A stretch of DNA of 64,000 nt, taken from IMG/VR virus record IMGVR_UViG_2778261562_000001, one strand, 5' to 3'. Position 1 is the stretch's first letter; every line of letters begins with the position of its first letter. Origin of the DNA: an uncultured virus (IMG/VR IMGVR_UViG_2778261562_000001). Lineage: Duplodnaviria; Heunggongvirae; Uroviricota; Caudoviricetes. The position numbers and the translations under genes were made by a program. The notes beneath the pieces were generated by a model. It searched no databases. It saw only the letters and a list, made by a program, of their open reading frames with translations, and was not told the DNA's origin. Shown here in pieces: positions 58,427 to 64,000 of this stretch.

Positions 58427-58444
58427 AATAAATGTTTTAAACAT

Positions 58445-58469
58445 AAAAAAAGAGGGTATAAACCCTCTT
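58445..58469 (-). terminator. Rho-independent terminator (minus strand)
   Basis: Minus strand reads AAGAGGGT-TTAT-ACCCTCTT followed by a T run. Confidence 0.7.
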
Positions 58470-58489
58470 AATTTATATTAAATTAATAG

Positions 58490-58957
58490 TTACATAATAA
58501 GATTACTACCATTTGAAAGGTCATGATTCTTTTTAGTAGTGATTTCTTTCTCTAAATCATATTTAGGAGTATCAACAAAACTAAAAATACAAGTAAAGTG
58601 AAGAACACAAGTTAAAAATTTGTTACCTTCTTCGTCTTTTACTAATTTAACATCAGTATTTTGAGAAGGCCCAACTTTAACGAACATACCTGGCTTAATA
58701 CCTTGTACTTGAATGTTCTTTTCTAAAGAAGGACAAACATCTACAACAAGCATACCCTCTTCATTAATAACTTTCTGTACTTCTTTATGTACAGATTCCG
58801 ATACAGTAATACCGTTAGGAGTAACAGAAGGAACTACAGGAACAAGAACTAAAATATTACCCATTCTAACACCTTTATTAAAAGATGTAAGTTCTTTAGC
58901 CTTTTCAAGAGACGGCATCTCTATATTGATGTCATACTCAACATTGTTAATTTTCAT
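58490..58957 (-). CDS. GroES/Cpn10-like co-chaperonin
   Basis: NILV..TPNGITV (mobile-loop-like)..VVDV..GIKPGMFVKV pattern. Confidence 0.55.
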   Translation of the reverse strand: MKINNVEYDINIEMPSLEKAKELTSFNKGVRMGNILVLVPVVPSVTPNGITVSESVHKEVQKVINEEGMLVVDVCPSLEKNIQVQGIKPGMFVKVGPSQNTDVKLVKDEEGNKFLTCVLHFTCIFSFVDTPKYDLEKEITTKKNHDLSNGSNLIM

Positions 58958-58997
58958 GTGTTAATTTTTAAAGATTAATAGTCTGTAAATGTACGAA

Positions 58998-59582
58998 TTA
59001 AACCGTAAAACGCAAAGTCTCCTTTCCTCTTTCTACAGGGGGATTCGTATAAATAACTTCAATTCCTTCATCCCACTCTAATCGAGGTAATCGTTCATAA
59101 GTTACTTCAAAAGCTGATAAACCATGCTCCATAACGTGTCTAGGGTCTTTATTAAGAGCTTGCCAAGTTTTAAATTTAGCTTTAAGCTCATCTTTTCTAG
59201 CAGAGATAAGTTCTTTAACTTCAGCTTCAATAGCTTCAAGACCTTTTAAATAAGGGTCGTCTACTTCACTATAATCCATGTAAGTACCACCTGCTACAGT
59301 AATCTTGGCACCATATAATTCAGCAGTCTTTTTATTTTTTTCAAAATACTTGCTAACTTCTGCAACCATTAAATCTTTAACATCATCATCTTTAAATACA
59401 GTTTCTTGTATTTTAGCAAACTTTTTAAGAATAGTACCTACATAAGCAGGATTAGCATTTCCTTCTTTAAGTTCTTTAATGATTTGTTTAGCAGTTACAC
59501 CTGATTTATTAGAAAGAACAGCTCTAAATACTGCAATTCCTTGGTCTCTTACATTTTCTTGACTATTGTTTTCTTGACTCAT
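58998..59582 (-). CDS. Hypothetical protein
   Basis: 194-aa helical ORF with typical codon usage. Confidence 0.7.
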   Translation of the reverse strand: MSQENNSQENVRDQGIAVFRAVLSNKSGVTAKQIIKELKEGNANPAYVGTILKKFAKIQETVFKDDDVKDLMVAEVSKYFEKNKKTAELYGAKITVAGGTYMDYSEVDDPYLKGLEAIEAEVKELISARKDELKAKFKTWQALNKDPRHVMEHGLSAFEVTYERLPRLEWDEGIEVIYTNPPVERGKETLRFTV

Positions 59583-59760
59583 AATTACGATAATTTACGG
59601 TTTCTATAACCCCACATTTAGGACACTCAACTTCCTGTATATTAAACATAGTGGTTCTAGGTGTAAAATAATGACCGCACTTACAAGTAAACTTCCAAAC
59701 ATTAGTCCTTAAATCCCTAGAATTTCCACCATGTCTAATAGTAAAATATGTAGTTTTCAT
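59563..59760 (-). CDS. Small zinc-ribbon protein
   Basis: CKCGH and CPKCG motifs. Confidence 0.65.
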   Translation of the reverse strand: MKTTYFTIRHGGNSRDLRTNVWKFTCKCGHYFTPRTTMFNIQEVECPKCGVIETVNYRNYESRKQ

Positions 59761-60746
59761 TACTTTTTAATTAAACGACTATCTTTTTTATTTTCTCCAA
59801 TAAACATTTTACGATACTGTGTAAATCCTCTAAAGTTACCTGACCAACCATCTAAACTTTCTATACGGTCAGCAGCATAACTACAGTTATTTAAATCTTC
59901 TTCATCAAGGATATAATATTCTTCACTATCCATAGCTCTAGCACAGTGTTCAAAAGGAGACCAATGACCCATAGAAGCTAATCTATCATGAAGTTTTATA
60001 TCTGCTTCAAAATCATTAGTACCATCAAAATTCATGTAAGATACTCTAGCACATCTAGCAGTAGCTACTTTAATTAAAGAATCTTCTACTGCTGCTTTAA
60101 CTGCTATTTCATTATATCTATCAGGATTTCCATTACTATCATCATAATAAAGAGATAAAGCTTCTTCTAAATCATCGCCAAATGGTATATGCCATTCCCC
60201 CTGTGATAAAGAAACTGGTGTAGATGCGTTAGCTGCATCTAACATACATTCAGCAAGTTTAGCTATATGTATTTCAGCTTGAGGATGATGCCTTAAAGCA
60301 TAAAAGTTTTCCCATTCAGTAGCAGTAGTAATAGCAGTATGCCAACCCCAAGGTTCTAATAATCTATTACAGATTTGTTTAGTAACCTTATTATTACGGT
60401 TAAGCATAATAGCTTCTTCTAGTACAGATGTTCTAGCTCTTAACCAACTACTAACAGCTAAATCATGGTTTCTACCTTCTAAATACTTAGTACCCTGCAT
60501 ACCTTTATGGTCTTCTTGAAACCTTATAGGGACAAAAGGGTCATTTTGCACTTTTTCAAACATCTTTTTAAAAGGTATAGCTCTACTACTAGCACTATTC
60601 TTACTAAGCATTCTATGAGTATTAAACTCAGCAAGAACTATTCTAGGAAACGTAATTACAAAAGTAGTTATACGATTACCTCTAACATCTTTAGAATCTG
60701 CTATAATAGTAGCATTAATCTCATTGTACTTGTGGTTTTCTAACAT
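59760..60746 (-). CDS. thyX: FAD-dependent thymidylate synthase (phage-type ThyX)
   Basis: EFNTHRMLSKNSASSRAIP, KQICNRLLEP, LRHHPQA, ARCARVSY, HWSPFEH. Confidence 0.85.
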   Translation of the reverse strand: MLENHKYNEINATIIADSKDVRGNRITTFVITFPRIVLAEFNTHRMLSKNSASSRAIPFKKMFEKVQNDPFVPIRFQEDHKGMQGTKYLEGRNHDLAVSSWLRARTSVLEEAIMLNRNNKVTKQICNRLLEPWGWHTAITTATEWENFYALRHHPQAEIHIAKLAECMLDAANASTPVSLSQGEWHIPFGDDLEEALSLYYDDSNGNPDRYNEIAVKAAVEDSLIKVATARCARVSYMNFDGTNDFEADIKLHDRLASMGHWSPFEHCARAMDSEEYYILDEEDLNNCSYAADRIESLDGWSGNFRGFTQYRKMFIGENKKDSRLIKK

Positions 60747-61657
60747 TTAATTAATTTTAAATCGATTAGTATTTCTTTTACTTTTTCAATAAGTTCTTCC
60801 ATAGAACCATCATTATCTATTACATAATCAAAAGTATGATTATCCAATTCTGTTTCAGAGATATGAGTAAGCTTTTGAAAAGTCTTTATATCATAACTCT
60901 CTAACCATTTAAGAAATTTAAAAGGTTTGTACATTGCCGAAGCTTCTGCAATTTTCCAAAGATTAGGAAAACGAAGGAAAATAGGTCTGTTAATTCTAAT
61001 AGTAACACCTTCTCTAACTCTAACAGAAGCATCTTCATTAAAAAATCTTAAATCAGTAATAATCCAATTAGAAAATCTTACTTCATAATTAACAGAAAGC
61101 ATACCGTCATTGACAATAATATTAGAATCTCCTAAATATCTATCTTCTTTATAATTATTAAAAGTGGTATTAATCCAAATATTAGGGTGAATAATATTAC
61201 GACCACAATCTGTACCAATTAAAGTGGTAAGTTTCCTAGGAGTGAGTTTAACTAAAGTACATTTAATATCCTCATTATCTTCAAACTCTTTTGGATTATA
61301 CTCATTATAAGGTACTCTTTTAACAATTTCAGTATAAGAATGTACTTGCCAATATTCATAATACCACCACTCTTTTCCAAGTTCTTTGTTTTTAAAGTCT
61401 TCATCTTCTAATTGTTCTCTAGTACAACCTATAAGAATACATACAATATTTTTTACACCATCAGCAAATTTTTTAATTTCAAATACTTGCTCTCTTTTAG
61501 GTACACCTATTCTTTGCCAATCTAAATATTCCTGATACAAAGTTTGTTCAGTAGTATAACCATTTCTAACAATATCATTGTAAGAAAATAAGAAATTTAT
61601 AATTTTACCAACTTCATCTTTACCAGTATTAATTTTACCACTTATTGCTATTAGCAT
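60740..61657 (-). CDS. Deoxynucleoside monophosphate kinase
   Basis: ISGKINTGKD P-loop, FAD..K, TPRKL..IGTDCGR, ITDLRF.NE, HISETELD. Confidence 0.88.
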   Translation of the reverse strand: MLIAISGKINTGKDEVGKIINFLFSYNDIVRNGYTTEQTLYQEYLDWQRIGVPKREQVFEIKKFADGVKNIVCILIGCTREQLEDEDFKNKELGKEWWYYEYWQVHSYTEIVKRVPYNEYNPKEFEDNEDIKCTLVKLTPRKLTTLIGTDCGRNIIHPNIWINTTFNNYKEDRYLGDSNIIVNDGMLSVNYEVRFSNWIITDLRFFNEDASVRVREGVTIRINRPIFLRFPNLWKIAEASAMYKPFKFLKWLESYDIKTFQKLTHISETELDNHTFDYVIDNDGSMEELIEKVKEILIDLKLIKC

Positions 61658-62427
61658 TATATTTTGTTTAAACGGTTATTAGTAATTTTACGAACTGATT
61701 CGTCATTTTTAGCATATCTTAGAATAGTAGGTAAATCTATTTCAATAGTTTCAGTAATTTTAACTCTAAACAATTCAGTAATCTTACAAGCATGAGCAAT
61801 TCTTTTGAATAATAAATGATAATCAAAAGTCATTTCTCCTATACGATACTCCATTGTTTGAAAACCTGCTTGAAATCTAACCCAATTATGTCCTATACCT
61901 ATTCTTTTGGTGTTATAAGTACCTTCATAACCCCACTGTTCTAATTCTTTTATAATCCAATCCTCATTTCTTTTTCTATGGCTAGAAGTAAAATGTTTAT
62001 AAACACCTGTACAATCAACATGATAATGAATACCACTTTCATTATTAAGTTCACAATACTTCTTTAATAGAAGACTGACTTGATATAAACATTGTAAACC
62101 ATTAATACCTGAAGGTATTCTAATACGTTGTTCATCATTTGTGTTTATATCTACATCTATAATATGAGGTATAGCTAAAAACTCTTGTTTAATTTGAAAA
62201 GCTTCTTTATAAGTTCTTTCTCTTTCTAAACCTGTTTCAGAGTCTATAACATAGGCCAACCTTGATTCCCATTCAATACCAATGCTATAAGGCAGAAGAT
62301 AATCTCCTGCCTCTATAACATCTTTATCAGTTGCATCTAAAGCAATAGGTATAGTGGAACAATAATGATTAATGCTCCCCTCTATACCTACGTGTTGGAG
62401 GAGCTTGTTTAGTAACTGTGTATCCAT
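61657..62427 (-). CDS. Amidoligase-like (COOH-NH2 ligase) protein
   Basis: IGIEWE, SGIHYHVD, TMEYR motifs. Confidence 0.6.
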   Translation of the reverse strand: MDTQLLNKLLQHVGIEGSINHYCSTIPIALDATDKDVIEAGDYLLPYSIGIEWESRLAYVIDSETGLERERTYKEAFQIKQEFLAIPHIIDVDINTNDEQRIRIPSGINGLQCLYQVSLLLKKYCELNNESGIHYHVDCTGVYKHFTSSHRKRNEDWIIKELEQWGYEGTYNTKRIGIGHNWVRFQAGFQTMEYRIGEMTFDYHLLFKRIAHACKITELFRVKITETIEIDLPTILRYAKNDESVRKITNNRLNKI

Positions 62428-62797
62428 CTTTAATTAAAAGTTCTTTAGCTTTAGCTAATTCTTCTTCCTTAGTAAGTTTTTTAGTCTTAGGAGCTTTTTT
62501 AGCTTTTTCTTTAACTTTTTCTACAGTAGCTTCAGCTGCTTGTTTTCTACTAGTTTCAGTAGTTTTATTAGCCTGAATTTGCTCAATAATCTCTTTCTCT
62601 TTTTTAACAGAGTTACGAGTATTGTAAGCTTTAACTAAATCTTTTAAAGCTTCTCTTTCATTCTTGTCTGGAAACCTTTTACTATAAGATTCCCCATCAA
62701 TAACTAAGATAAGGTTTTGGCCATACTGTTTTAGACCGATTTCTTTCTTAGCGGATTTAGAAGTACTTTTAGTACCTTTTTTAGACTTTGTTGCCAT
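62369..62797 (-). CDS. Lys-rich hypothetical protein
   Basis: 142 aa, very basic termini. Confidence 0.65.
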   Translation of the reverse strand: MATKSKKGTKSTSKSAKKEIGLKQYGQNLILVIDGESYSKRFPDKNEREALKDLVKAYNTRNSVKKEKEIIEQIQANKTTETSRKQAAEATVEKVKEKAKKAPKTKKLTKEEELAKAKELLIKDGYTVTKQAPPTRRYRGEH

Positions 62798-62829
62798 AAT
62801 TAAATGTTTAAATTAAATTAAAAAAATGA

Positions 62830-63999
62830 TTAAAAATACCAAAGGTCATTATCAGAATCTTCATCTTCAGACTCTTCAAAATCTACCTCTTCAATACTGT
62901 CTTCGATAACTTCTTCTTTAACAACTGGCATAAGAGTATTTTTACCAGTATTATAATGAATAGCGTCTAAACCTCTAATTTGAAGTTTTTTAAGTAGAAA
63001 TGCCAAATACTCTTTAGGCATAGAATTAGTAGTAATGTAGTCAAATATTTTATAAACATCTACTACACTTACAAGCTCTTTAAGCTCTCTTTCATATAAA
63101 AACTCTTTACGATTTTTAGTAATTTTCAAACCATTTATATGGTCTTTAAAATAAGTTACTAAATCTACAGAATAATTGAGTTTTTCACCCCCTTTTTCTT
63201 TAATGTTAATATACCTACTTTTATAGTCATTTTTATTATAAAGTTTAGCAACTTTATTAAAAGTATCTCTATAATACGAACTAAGTTTAAAACGTTCGTA
63301 ATTTCCATAAAGGTTTTCATTGTATAACTTATAAAGCCTAAGTCTTAGAAAATGATTATTTAGACTTTTAGCTTTAATCATATTTTCACAATGAATAACA
63401 TTATTATTTCTAGCTAATTGATTAATGTTACTTTTACTAACAATAAGAAAAGTAGATTTTCTATTGAAAAGAGGGTTAATCTTACGATATGTATTATAAA
63501 GATGATAATAATGAAGTATATCAACATTGTCTTCATCTCTACAAATATAAAAAATAAAACGATACGTATCAATAAGATTAGCAAGATTAGAAACTTCTCT
63601 TTTACCTTCAATAGTATAATGAGTAATTTCTCCTTTAACCTTCTCTTTTTTACTAGCTAACTCTTCTTTTTTCTGTTTTATCCAATGATCAGGAGCAACT
63701 CCATTATAACTTTGAATTTTAGAATCAAGGTATTTAACCATGTATCTATAAGTTTCAAGAACTTTCTTAGCAGTACCGGGAGCATAGATTCTATGAGTTT
63801 TATTAGACTTATAATCACTAGAATCTATAAGCTTTAAAGCATGAGCATATCTATTATAAATAGACCTGTTAAATTCTCTAAACTTAAAAACATATCCATT
63901 GTTAATATACAAAGTGTCAAAATAATTTAACTTACCATGATTAATATAACAAAGATGTTGATTATTATAAAGATAATGATTAAAACCAGATTCTGTACC
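62830..63999 (-). CDS. C-terminal part of a larger hypothetical protein (5-prime end outside the window)
   Basis: The frame stays open from the TTG at 63912 to the window edge; acidic C-terminal tail. Confidence 0.65.
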   Translation of the reverse strand, partial: GTESGFNHYLYNNQHLCYINHGKLNYFDTLYINNGYVFKFREFNRSIYNRYAHALKLIDSSDYKSNKTHRIYAPGTAKKVLETYRYMVKYLDSKIQSYNGVAPDHWIKQKKEELASKKEKVKGEITHYTIEGKREVSNLANLIDTYRFIFYICRDEDNVDILHYYHLYNTYRKINPLFNRKSTFLIVSKSNINQLARNNNVIHCENMIKAKSLNNHFLRLRLYKLYNENLYGNYERFKLSSYYRDTFNKVAKLYNKNDYKSRYINIKEKGGEKLNYSVDLVTYFKDHINGLKITKNRKEFLYERELKELVSVVDVYKIFDYITTNSMPKEYLAFLLKKLQIRGLDAIHYNTGKNTLMPVVKEEVIEDSIEEVDFEESEDEDSDNDLWYF

Positions 64000-64000
64000 T

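Noticed and set aside
62369..63999. rIIA/rIIB-like assignment for the last two ORFs
   Set aside because: Only a vague positional resemblance; the diagnostic N-terminal region would lie outside the window
1..64000. tRNA, rRNA, CRISPR array, integrase
   Set aside because: None recognised; intergenic spaces are short and explained by promoters and hairpins

Overview
AT-rich window of a Crassvirales (crAss-like) bacteriophage genome that reads in the standard bacterial code. The host is most likely an environmental Bacteroidota/Flavobacteriaceae strain, judged from TTTG...TAnnTTTG promoters and signal peptides cleaved before Gln. From 242 to 56718 (+) lies the virion module. It runs PD-(D/E)xK nuclease, HAD phosphatase, TerL, portal, scaffold-like protein, major capsid protein and head/neck proteins. 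Next comes a 13 kb accessory fibre/adhesin and carbohydrate-enzyme region, a lysis cassette, tail ring/tube/muzzle proteins and cargo proteins. The module ends with a 4951-aa virion RNA polymerase polyprotein and an HNH endonuclease. From 56823 to 64000 (-) is the distal end of the convergent nucleotide-metabolism arm: two MazG-like enzymes, GroES-like, ThyX, dNMP kinase and an amidoligase-like protein. Five observations stand out. (1) A canonical G GGA AAG -1 slippery site would fuse a cargo protein to a HExxH metalloprotease. (2) An Ig domain lacks its last strand, which reappears as the N-terminal MATVTM peptide of two downstream proteins, suggesting pilin-like donor-strand assembly. (3) Four consecutive Sec-signal proteins include a tail-fibre-like protein and a pectate lyase. 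(4) A membrane-anchored PAS protein sits inside the lysis cassette. (5) The first gene is a tandem Acb2/Tad1-like hairpin protein. All product calls come from motif recognition and synteny by eye, without database searches.
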